Below, one piece after another: positions 1 to 10,800 of a stretch of 59,499 bases of DNA. The position numbers and the translations under genes are program-made. The stretch is from Parcubacteria bacterium SG8_24 (GTDB lineage Bacteria; Patescibacteriota; Patescibacteriia; SG8-24), in NCBI GenBank assembly GCA_001303185.1, contig LJNP01000002.1, positions 1 through 59,499 of the forward strand, in the 5' to 3' direction. Positions within the stretch are counted from its first letter, which is position 1. Each line of letters begins with the position of its first letter. Under the pieces are notes generated by a model. It saw only the letters and a list, made by a program, of their open reading frames with translations. It had not been told where the DNA came from and did no database searches.

Positions 1-1647
1 CATCTGATCGGCCCGCAGACCGGCGGCAGCGCTGCCGCTCATGCGCTGCACCGTATCCCGGAAATCCTTGATCTGTCCGGACCGCTTCTCCGGATCCTGT
101 TCGCTCCGGTCGACGATCATGTCCGGGAACTGAGCCTTGGTCTTGGCCAGGGACTGCAGCGCCTCCACGTCATTGGTCGAACCGGCGAGCTGCTTCATCC
201 GATCCATGCTCTTGGCGATGTCGTTCTTCTCTTCAGGATTCTTGGCGCCGAAGGCCATGCCGGTCAGATTCTTCTTGAAATGGGCCAGCTGGCTGCGCTG
301 GGCCGCCGGACTCATCAAAAAGGTCGGGCCCTGGAAACGGTTGACCCGCTCCGATTCGGCGGCGGTCAGACCGGCATAACGCTCCTGTCGCCGCTGGGCC
401 GCGGCCGCCGAAGCGCCGCGTAACCGGGTCAGGGCCGCGCCGGCGGCGTACCGCGCCAGCGGCACCCGGGTCATGGCGCTCAGACCCTTCTCGGCCGCCC
501 GACCGAGCGCCGTCCGGGTCATCGCCGCACCGCCGACCGCCTTGGCGCCGCGCACGGCCATCCGGCCGCCGCGCATGGCCAGGCCTTTGGCCATGCCGAC
601 CGTGCCGCCGCTCACCTGATTGGCCATCATCACCCCGCCGATGAACAGGCAGCAGGAGATGATGAACTTCTGCAGGATATCGGCGGAGAAGGCCTCACTG
701 GCGTTGGCGTCGAGGTATTCCGGGTCGCCGGCGTCGGTAGGGAACCCGTGCGACATGCCGGTATCCACGGCCACGGTGATCAGCCCTAACCATAGGAAAA
801 AAGCCAGCACCGGACCGACCACCACCTGACTGGTGAACTTGGCCCACCACTGGCCGTAGAAGGTGCTGGCCTGACCGCCGGGGACCGACTTCAGGAAGAA
901 AGCGATCGGCGAAAGGATCACCAGGAGCCACAGATAGATGATGCGGATAGCCAAGGTGATCGTCATGATGATGATCACGCCTAGCGCGATGATCGTCAGG
1001 ATCAATGCCAAAAGCAGGGCCAGTACGATATTGGCCCACTCCACCTTGGCTACGTCCGGATTGCCCTGCATCAGCGAAGTGATGCCGAAGGCTTCGGTGA
1101 AGTTGCCGCCGGCGGCCTGGGCGAAACCGTTGACGAAAGTGAGCATGATCACCTGGGCGAAATCGATGAACAGGCCGCAGATGGTCCGTGAGAAGTTGAT
1201 GACGATAGCCACGATGAGCAGCCGCGACAGGGCCTTGCCGCCCTGACCGATGCTGTACTGCTCCATGCCGAGCATCGTGCCGAAGGCGAGCACCAGCAGG
1301 ATGACGATGAAGAACATGTTGGTCACGTCCCGCACGATGATCCAGCCGTTGCCGACCGCCGGAGCGGTCACGAAGCCGTTGTACTGGGCTATCTGGATCA
1401 GGATCCAGACCGCCAGGAGCAGCAGACTGCCGAAGAAATTAACGAAGACCTCGAGTATCCAGGCCAGAGCCTGATAGACGTACTGCATCAGGTCAGCCTG
1501 GGCCGGAGCGGCGACCAACAAGGTGCCGGTGAACGCCAATAAGGCCACCCCGAGTACGGTCGCCTTCTTGCGATCCAAGGCGCTGAATTTCCGTGCCGTC
1601 CCCAGGACGGCCCGAATCGCCTCTCTGTGGATTAAGCGCCTTCCCAT
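1..1647 (-). CDS. Polytopic membrane protein with VirB6/TrbL-like architecture (3' end runs off the window)
   Basis: Absent from the ORF track because it is open at the window edge. My own minus-strand translation from ATG 1647-1645 stays open for 549 codons to base 1: MGRRLIHREAIRAVLGTARKFSALDRKKATVLGVALLAFTGTLLVAAPAQADLMQYVYQALAWILEVF... It has a signal-peptide-like N-terminus (AAPAQA) and about 6-7 hydrophobic spans (IVILLVLAFGTML; LLIVAIVINFSRTICGLFIDFAQVIMLTFV; IVLALLLALILTIIALGVIIIMTITLAIRIIYLWLLVILSPIAFFL; VVGPVLAFFLWLGLITVAV). An Ala/Gly/Arg-rich and charged tail follows. Family assignment is by architecture only. Confidence 0.6.
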   Translation of the reverse strand, partial: MGRRLIHREAIRAVLGTARKFSALDRKKATVLGVALLAFTGTLLVAAPAQADLMQYVYQALAWILEVFVNFFGSLLLLAVWILIQIAQYNGFVTAPAVGNGWIIVRDVTNMFFIVILLVLAFGTMLGMEQYSIGQGGKALSRLLIVAIVINFSRTICGLFIDFAQVIMLTFVNGFAQAAGGNFTEAFGITSLMQGNPDVAKVEWANIVLALLLALILTIIALGVIIIMTITLAIRIIYLWLLVILSPIAFFLKSVPGGQASTFYGQWWAKFTSQVVVGPVLAFFLWLGLITVAVDTGMSHGFPTDAGDPEYLDANASEAFSADILQKFIISCCLFIGGVMMANQVSGGTVGMAKGLAMRGGRMAVRGAKAVGGAAMTRTALGRAAEKGLSAMTRVPLARYAAGAALTRLRGASAAAAQRRQERYAGLTAAESERVNRFQGPTFLMSPAAQRSQLAHFKKNLTGMAFGAKNPEEKNDIAKSMDRMKQLAGSTNDVEALQSLAKTKAQFPDMIVDRSEQDPEKRSGQIKDFRDTVQRMSGSAAAGLRADQM

Positions 1648-1759
1648 AAAGCAGGTTTTAGCCCGGTCGCGCATGGCCGGCGACAGGAGAATCGCCCCCT
1701 TATGCCGGCTATCGGGTCCGGACGAGCGGCCCCATCAGGCTGATGAAGCCTCTTCATAT

Positions 1760-1787
1760 ATAATACCACGATTTTTAGGGCGATTAA
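1760..1787 (-). promoter_or_regulatory. Sigma70-like promoter for the VirB6/TrbL-like gene
   Basis: The minus strand reads TTAATC-16 nt-TATTAT (TGg-extended). It lies in an AT-rich island inside GC-rich DNA, about 110 nt upstream of ATG 1647. Confidence 0.45.
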
Positions 1788-1834
1788 AGCTCCCTGGGGA
1801 TATCGTGGTCTGAGCTTATCCCGATAGAACCTAA

Positions 1835-1856
1835 GGCCGCCCCTGAGGGGGCGGCC
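1835..1856 (-). terminator. GC-rich hairpin after the giant gene (weak U-tract)
   Basis: Minus strand GGCCGCCCC-TCA-GGGGCGGCC followed by TTAGGTTCTAT, 35 nt after the stop at 1891. The stem is perfect but the T-tract is poor. Confidence 0.45.
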
Positions 1857-1890
1857 TTTACCGTATCTCAAGCCTATTACGGACTGCCTA

Positions 1891-4800
1891 TCACGGCCCG
1901 GACGACGGGCAGACCCCGTCACCGACGCAGACCCGGATCATGCCGGCGAAGGCGGTCCAGGGCGTCCGGCCGTTCGACGGCTCATAGGGTATCAGGTCGT
2001 CGAGCGGTTCGTTGAGCCTATGACATTCCTCGTTGATCTCATCGATCATGTCCGGCGAATCGATCTCCAAGGTCGCGTTGAAGCAGGCGTCACCGTTATC
2101 CGACCCGCCCGGACAGACACCGTTACAGGCGCCCCAGTTGTCGAGCAGCTGGATACGCGGCTTGAAGAAGCAGTCGCCGGAGGAGCCGCGGCAGGGGAAG
2201 ATACGCTCCCCGTCGCAGGCCGGCAGCTGCGCCGCGATCGGTTCGGAACAGGTGTAGATCTTGGTCTCCTGGAAGTAGGCCTTCTCGCAGGCCTGGGTGG
2301 TCAGTCCCCACTCCTTCTCGGCGACGTCCTGAGGGTTGCAGATGCTCTCCAGCGTACCGTCGAGATCGGCATCCTGGGCGCCGCGGTGGTTCTTGTAGTA
2401 ACCCCAGGTGACCACCGGATCGGTCCCGTCGCCGAAATCGACGATCTTGCGGCGGATCGGCATATGGTCCTTATCGGCGTAACCGTAGTAGCGCAGCGTC
2501 ACCTTGCCGCTGCCGCTGATCGGCACGATGCCGCTGGTCAGACCGACGACCGAATCCGGTCCGTAGACGGTGATGCCCGATCCGCCCTCAAGACACTCGG
2601 CCTCGCTCTTGCAGGGCTGGGAATCGTTGACCGTGACGATCTGCGGGACGGTATCCGTGGTCACGTAGGACCAGCGCATGTCTTCGGCCGGAGCCCCGGA
2701 ATTGTTACCCGGTTCAGTCGTGCCGTATTGTCCGTACTGGTCATCCAGATCATAATCCTCGTTCCAGGTATGCAGCTTCCAGGCGACGGCGAACATCCGC
2801 ATGATGCGGTTACGGCCGGTCTGATAGCTCTGGTCGCTGAGATAGCTGCTGCCGCAGTCGTCGTCGCAGGCGTAGGGGTAGCCGGCGAGATAGGTCTCGG
2901 TCTGCAGGGGATCGGTCGCCACCATCGAGTAGACACTCTTCTGATCGTCGTTCATGTAGCGCTCGCTGCTGATGTTGGTCCACTCGCTGCCGTACTCCTC
3001 CTCGTAGACCGGAATCGGGTAGGTCAGGGTGGTCCAGAGGGTATCGGACGGATCCGGGGTAAGCGGCGCGTAAGGCGACATCTCGGTGTCCTCGAGCGGA
3101 CCGTCCGGCGGCGGACCGTCGGTGTTGTGAACGTAATCGAAGATGCTGCCTGGGTCGAAGCCGGAGGGCTCCTCTTCCGTGCCGCCGTGGGCCCCGGAAG
3201 CCTTCCAGATGCGGTCGGTCCAGGCGACATTGGTGAATTCGCCGTCTGGCGAGGAGCCGCCGGTGCTGTCATGGACATGCAGGAAGTGCGTGCAGTTCTC
3301 CCGCAGGAGCAGCTTGATGCCGGCCGGCACGTGGTGGTAGATGGTCGAATCGTTGTGGCAGAGCGCCGTGTAGATGTCAGTCAGCTCTTCATTACCGTTG
3401 AACACGGCGACCACGCCGACGCAGTTGCTGTTGTCGTTGTCCTCCCGTGCCTCACAGGTGCCCTCGTAGCCGTCGCCGTCCCTCTTCTTGTTGATCATGG
3501 TGATGCAGGTACCGGAGGTAGAACCATCGATATGCGTTCCGGCGGCGCCGCTGTTCAGCCCCCAGTCGGGGTTGCCGTCCCAGTTGTAGGCCTCACGCCA
3601 CTCGCCGTTGCTGACCTCATCGTCGGAGGTCAGGTACATGTAGGCGTCACCTTCGCCGATGACACCAAAACGGATCTCGATGGCGGTTATCTGATGTTTC
3701 TTGAAGTCGTCCCATTGGTTGGGCAAGCAGTAATGCTTGACCTTGGCATCCTCCCAGGAGACGTTGAAGAGCCGGCCGGGCGAACTGCACGCCGGGTCGC
3801 TCCACGGTACCGTATCGCCGCCCTCGCAGACTTCATTCTGCGAATTTTCGCAGGTCTCCCACATCGCCGCATAGCAGGCGGTGCCGGAGCCCACGGATCC
3901 CCAGGGCCCGCTGATCAGGGCCGCGCCGATCATGACCGGGATGCAGATGCTGTTGTACATGTGGTAACCGGCGTCCTCGCAGGCATCAGCGCCCTCGAAC
4001 TCACCGTCATCCAAGGGCCAGGGCGCGTCCACCTTGGCGTGAGGGATGCAGCCGTCGGCTTTGCAGTTCCTGCCGTTAAGTACGCCGTAATTGTGCGAGG
4101 TGGTCGGACAGTCAGTGTCGTCGTCCTCGTAACAATAGTCGCTCCGGGTCTTGCAGGGCGAAGGGTAATCGTTGTGACCCGAAGCGCCCTCGTAGGCGTG
4201 CAATTCCACCTCGTAATCCTGACCTTCCTCGTTACCCTCGGCATAGGCGCAGTAGAGAAGCTGGCTGCGCTCCGGATTGAAGCCGGCCTCGCGGTACTGG
4301 TTGAAGATGTCGGTCATGCCGGAAAGCCGGTCCACCGGCAGCCACAGGTTGCAGTCGTAAAGGTCCTTGGAACCGTTGATGGTGGTCGACGTGTCGGAAT
4401 CGATGCACAGGCCGGGCCAGCCTAGGGCGCGGGAATACCTGGACAGGAAATTGCACTGACCGCCGCCCTCGGCCGGATCGCCGCAGCCCTCCGCGGTATC
4501 ACCGGTTTCAGAACATGGTTTGCCTTCATACTCACCGCCGACGCAGATACCGAGCGGGACTCCGGACGATATCTGCATCCCGCCGCCGGAGGTACCCAGT
4601 GACTTCTGAGGATTGGCCAGGGAATAGAACTTGGTCAGCACGCCGGCCTGCCCGTAACCCAGCCGCACGTAGCCGCATTCGCAGTAATTGCCGTACATGC
4701 AGGTGTAGGCGCCGTCATAACCCTTGACCCGGCCGACGGCATTGCCGTACTGGTCGAAACCCTGGACATGGCCGCCGAAACCGGTCTCGGCCACGACCTC

Positions 4801-7800
4801 GTAGCTGTAGGGGGAATCGGTCTCCGGATAGGCCCGGCAGGTCGGAGCGTAATCGAGCGTCTCCAGGGCGATCGGCCCGCCTTCGAGCGAATACATGCAA
4901 CGGTGCTCGAAGCAGAAACCGGTGCTGACGCCATCGGCGGCGATACGCGTCTCATCGAGCGGACAGTCCTCGTCGGTCTCGCAATACAGGGCGCAGGTGT
5001 CGGCGGTACCGTTGCAGTCGCCGTCGCTGCCGCAGGGACGGCCCATCATCGTGGTGTCGCAGGAGCTGCCCGGACACTGATCGTCATAGACGCAGGGCTT
5101 GCCGGCGTTGCCACCGCCGGAACAGATGCCGCGGCAGGCGGTGATGTTGACGCCGAACCGTTTGGTCAGGAGTTCGCTGGTGACGCAATAGCCGTTGGGA
5201 CAGTCGGCGTTCACCTCACAGGAAGCGTATTCCCGGTCGCCGCCGGCGCAGACGCCGCTGAGCGACGGACCGCAGAAGGTCCCGTCCGGACACTGGTCAG
5301 TGGTCCGACAATAGGTATAGGACCCGCCTCCCGCGTCATAATCCTCACCGCTGTTGATGTCCTTGCACCGGCCGGTGGTTATCTTGAACGGCGAGAGGTA
5401 CTGGGCCGGATACTTGCCGACCAGGCTGAAGCCGGAGTATTCCAGTCCGGAGTAGCGGATATCCCGGCTCATGTATTCGCTCGCGGTGAGCAGCTTCTTG
5501 GGCGGGTCGACCGGAGCGGAGCACTCGACGCCGATGCGGCCGAGCTCGGCACCCTCCTCGCAGAGGGTGAAAGCGCTGCAGATGTTCTGCCACTCGCGTT
5601 CCTCCTCCTGCCAGATCGTCTCCTGCTGCTTGCAGGCCAGCCACTGGGCGCATTCCCGGTCCGGCCGGACCTTGATGATGCGGTTGGTGTCGTTGCGGTA
5701 ATTCTCGGCGTGCTCAGGGAAACGGATCAGGAACTGCGGATCGTCCTCGCCGACGCAGATCTCGCTCATGTTGGTGTCGCAGTCGGCGTTGCTGTTCTCG
5801 ATACGGCAGCCGGTCGTGTAGAACGGTTCACCCTCGCAGATCTCGCCGCCGCCGCAGTCCGAATCGTTACGGCAGTTCTCCCGGGTGCCGGAACAGCTGC
5901 CGTCCTGGATGCGGAAACAGCGGTATTTGCACTCCTCCGGCCGTTCGTTACCGGAGATGTTGCAGTTGACCGGCGTCACCGCGATACCCTGCTGCATCTC
6001 GCTCTTCAGGTAGGTGGCGGCGGAAGAGAAACCGTTATAGGTATCGCTGGTCTGCTTGAGCAGCACGCAGGAATCCTTGAGGCTGGCCCCGCCGGCGCAG
6101 GAGGCGAAATCGAGCTTGTTGTTGTTGATGTAATAATAGGGTTCGCCTTCGGGATTGGCCGCGGAGCTGGCGATGGGATCCTTGTACTCCTCGCAGCGAT
6201 CGTATTCCGAGGGACAGACGCCGACCCAGCCTTGGTAGCCGCAGGTGGTATTGCCCTCGGCCACCCGGCAGGCGATGACCTCGGATTCGTTGCCTGGCTC
6301 ACCGACCGTGACCATGCAGAAGCAGCCGGTCTCCTCCTCGCAGGTATCGGGCTGGGAACCCTGATCGGGTCCGTCAGGCAGGCTGCAGGTCATGTCGGAA
6401 TTGCGGGAAATCTCGTAGACCGTGCCGTTGCGCAGCAGTTCCGGATAGCAGGGGAAGAGCGAACCGCTCTCCGACTTGCGGAACCAGCCGGAACGGCGTA
6501 CGCCGCCGAAGGTGACGCTCTCCTTGAACTCGCAGGTCTTGTTGCCGGGATGCTTGAAGTAATAGGTCCCGTCACCGCCGACGAACTCCTCGCAGCGGAC
6601 CGCTTCCTGCGGACAGAGTATCTCGTCGTAACGGGCCGGCTGGTCGAGTAGGGTGAGACCTGTCCACTCGGTGACGATGCCCTGCTCCAGGAACAGGCGG
6701 CAGTTCTGCGCACCCTGCTCGACGATGCAGCGGGCCGTGTCGATCTCGTCATGGACGCACTCGCAGCCGTCGACGTCGGGACACCGCGCCGGATAGCCGT
6801 TGATCCGGTAGGTGCAGATGTCTTCGTACTGGATGACCGGCTTGCCGAAATTGCGGCAACCGGCCGCGGTCGCGGCGCACTGGTTCTGGGGCCGGACCAC
6901 CAGATAGAGCCGTTCGTCGGCGTCGATGTTGATGCGATCCGGATTGGCGGTCGGCGCCGTGGAGTCGTCCCAGTTGTCCAGCGTGAACCGGCACTGACTC
7001 TCGCCCATCGGCACCCGGCAGACGTCATAGAGCAGCCGCGGCGCGTCCAGGCGGGCAGTCGGATCCTGGGTGTCGTAGTTGCAGACACAGGCCGGCGTCT
7101 GGTCTTCCGGTTCGGTACCGCAGACGTGACCCAGGTCGCAGACCGCCCGGAAGGACTGGGCGTAGGGGACCTCCGGTGTGTTCTTGGTGTCAGAGAAGGC
7201 CGCGCAGCCGACCGACCGCTCGCGGCAGAGCTGGCTGAACGAGCGCAGAAAGTGCTTCCGCCCCTGACTGTCGGTGTACTCGCGGCAGCCGAGCATCTCC
7301 TGCGGCGAATCGTTGCCGGTGATCGTCTGGTCGCAGGATTCCGGCGTCGACCAGGAATCGCGGACCACGAAGATGTTGTCGAGCACCTCGGTGAGCAGGA
7401 CGTTGTCCAGATAGACGTCGGCCAGGAGACCGTCTTCGGTCTTGAACTGCAGGTAGACGCTGGTCTCCCAAGCGTCGGTCGGACTGAGACAGCCTTCTGG
7501 ACCGGCCTCGAGACAGGAGCGGCGCCGGATCGTATCCCGACCCTCCGAGACGGCCGACGGTATAATGACCGGTCCGAGCAGGTAGTGCTTCCAGCCGGCC
7601 TCGAGCTCCACAGTGGCCGTGCTCACCTGGTCGTCGTTCACGCTGAAATAGAGGATATTCTGGGCGTCGAAGGCCGCCGTGCCGAGCCCGGCATCCTGGA
7701 CGAAGGAGGCCCTGAACTGTCCGTCGCCGCGGGCCCAGAAACTGAGGTTATAGGCGCGTCCCGGGGTGACCAGTTCGGTCACGTCGAGGTTGGCCAGTTC

Positions 7801-10800
7801 GGTCGGATTGCCGCCCGGCAGCCTCAGGGAATGTCCGCCGACGCTGACCGACTCCGGGGACTGGATCACCTGACTGACAGCCGCGGTCCAGCCATCCAGG
7901 CCCTCCTCGAAAGTGGAGAAGATCAGCTGGCGCACGTTGGAGGCGGCATTGCCCTTGTAGGCCCGGCACTCGTTGGAGGTCGGAGCGCAGGCCAGGCTCT
8001 CGGACGGGGCGGCCCGGTAGAGGCATTCATTACGCTCCCAATCGCCGTTCGAGGCCACGCAGTCTAGGGAGTTGGACCGGGTGATGCGGTAACGGTAGCA
8101 CTCGCTGGTGGCGATGATCGTCTTGGATAGCCGGCGGTAGTGCCGGTTACCGTCGGCGTCGTAGAACTCGCGGCAGTCGAAGTCACCGAGCTCGATGTCC
8201 GTCGGCGTGCAGAAGCCCGCATCCGTGTCGGTACCGTTGGTCGGACTCTCACAGCTGTTGTCGTCGGCGTCGATGTCGGTACAGGGGGCGTAGCCGGCCG
8301 TACCGGCGCCGCCCTCGGCCCGGATATCATAGGCGTCAGCGCCGCCGGCGGTGCTGACCAGAGAGGCGGTCCGTTTGAGGTTCCAGACCTTCAGCTGGTA
8401 GCCGGTGGTGTCGGAACCCTCCCAGGTGTAGTAGATGACCGAATCGGTATCATCCGGACGCTGGCAGAGGCGCAGCCGCGTATAATACTCGATCTCCTCG
8501 GTGTCGAGATTGGTGAACTCCGAGCAGCCGACCTCAGCCTGATTGCAACCCTGAGCCGTAGACGGGATGAAATAGGCATACGGTTCGGCGCTCTCGAACT
8601 CCGAAGCCTCCTGTTTGAACACGTCGTAACCGACGCATTCGGCCGGACAGTAATCCTGGAGGCCGACGATGCCCGGCACTGGCGGCTCGCCGGTCACGGG
8701 ACTGAAGAGCTCGCAACCCTGCTCCGTCTCACGACAGATGCCGGCGAAGGACTCGCATTCCGGCGGGTCGGTCGCCTCCCCGGTGCAGCCGAGGTAAGGA
8801 GGCGGGATCTTGGCGTAAATCATGGAACTCGCCGTACCGTACTTCTCGTGGAACTGGGTCGGCGGACCTTCCTCGAGCTGTACCCGGTCGACATAGGCCC
8901 CGCCGGCATAGTTGTTGCTGTACAGGATCAGATCGGCGAAAGCCACCCCGGGATCGCTGACCAGGAAGGTACAGCCGACGGTCGCCCGGTCGCTGGCACT
9001 GGTGTCGACGGCCACCTTAATGACATCGTCGCCGCCGTAGGTGGTGACGCCGCAGGATCTGGTGAAGTCATCGCCGAAGACCGAAGTCGAGACGTCGTTC
9101 ACGTCGATGACCTGGCCCATGTCGTCACGGAGACGCAGGATGATGGCGCCGTGGGTCTCAGTGGACCCGTCGCTCGGCGAGACGAAGTCGGCCCAGACCG
9201 AAATCATGCGGTCAGGACGGATACGTACCCGGTCCTGCATCACCACGTTAGTGACAGTACAGCTCATGGTGCCCTTGACTGCCTTACAGCCGTAAGGCTC
9301 GCCGCCGATGGTGGTCTCGCAATAGCAGCCCAGCTCCAAATCACAGGGTTGCGCAGGATTGAGCGTACAGATGGTGCTCGAGGCGTCGTTGATCCGGCCG
9401 ACATTGACGGCGGTCAGCGTGGTCTCCGCCCCGTCGAAGGTCCGGACGTAATTGCGGGCCAGGTACCCGGGAGCCGCGCCGGCTCCGGCCTGACAGGACT
9501 CGCCGGCACAGCCGTAAGGCGTCCAGTGCATGGCGTGGTCCGGATTGCCCGACTCGTCGCGGTCGGCGTTCTCCGAATCGGAGAAGCCACCGTTCCTGAC
9601 CAGGTTCAGCGAACTGCCCGTACCGAGAGGCACCAGGGCGGTACAGCCGTTGTCCCCCGGGGAACAGGTCGTGGTGTTGCGGTTGAAGTAGCGGGCCGGT
9701 TCCTGCCGCCAGTCGTCGCGGGGTTCCTTGTCATCGCCGACCAGGCTGGAACAGGTCAACGCCCCGTTGGGCACCCGGCACCGGATCTCGGCATCCGGTT
9801 CATCCACCGGATCGGGACAGAGACAACCCTGCTCCTGGTCGCAGGTCGACTCCAGGGTACAGTCCCTGATCACGCTGAGTTCGGTCGAGTAGTTCAGACA
9901 GCCGGCGTTATCGGCATTGCAGATGCCGGAATCTATCGTATTCATCAGGTAGCTTACCGGACCGCCGGTGCGCTGCTTGAGCGTCTTGCAGGTATTGAAA
10001 GCGGCCGGGCACTGGTCGCCGTTGAAGCGCCAAACGCGGCGTTCGCGCGTACAGTACCCGTAGCCGCCGATGCAGGCGCCGAAATCGTCCTGGGTCAGAC
10101 AGGTCGGCGCATCCACGCAGCGTTCCTGCCGGGTGGGGATGTCGGGGTCCACCAGATGCGGCCCGACCGCCCGGGCCTTGCAGAGCGCCGGCGGGGCCTT
10201 GATGACCCAATCGGGATCGATCAGGTGACAGAACGGGAAGAGCTCCTCGTCGATCTCGCCGGACTCGGGACAGTCGTGGAACCGGTTAACCACCTCCTGA
10301 AGGGTGATCTTGCTGTTACCGGAACTGCGGTGGGCCGCGATCTCCCAGCCGACCGGCAATATCCGGGCGGCCCGCAGCTTCTTGAGGTTACTCTCGCAAT
10401 AGGCGGTCCTGTAGCAGAGCGGATCGCTGTCGATCTCCCGGTCGATGGACGAGACCAGCAGCCAGTCGCCGTGCAGGAAACCCTTCTCGATCGCCTCGCC
10501 GACCGTGATGGAGAAGGCCTCGGAGACCCGGATGGCGGTGGAGAACTGCTCGTCGATGACACAATTGTTGGCCGAACGACCCACATCGGGACAGATGCTG
10601 AAATCGAGCAGCACGTCATAGACCCCGGCGTCCCGCGGTCGCGGCACGAGCATCGTCTGGCTCTTGGCTCGGGCCGCGCCTGACCGACCGGGCGGCCGCA
10701 CCACCCCCTCTTCAGTGAAGATCAGATCGGGCTGCAGCTCTTCCAGTTCCTCGGACGAAAGCAGGCCGGTGACGAACTTATTCCAGAGCGAGGACATCAG

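Noticed and set aside
2020-10683. Very long plus-strand ORFs (801, 627, 438 and 847 aa) antisense to the giant gene
   Set aside because: They are Arg/Gly/Ala/Val/Asp-rich with no motifs, no RBS and no hydrophobic cores. They tile exactly the antisense of a strongly supported 9.8-kb minus-strand ORF. In GC-rich DNA the antisense frames are naturally poor in stop codons. The same reasoning applies to 13083-14420, 36240-37469, 43310-45079, 48054-49100 and 52075-54390.
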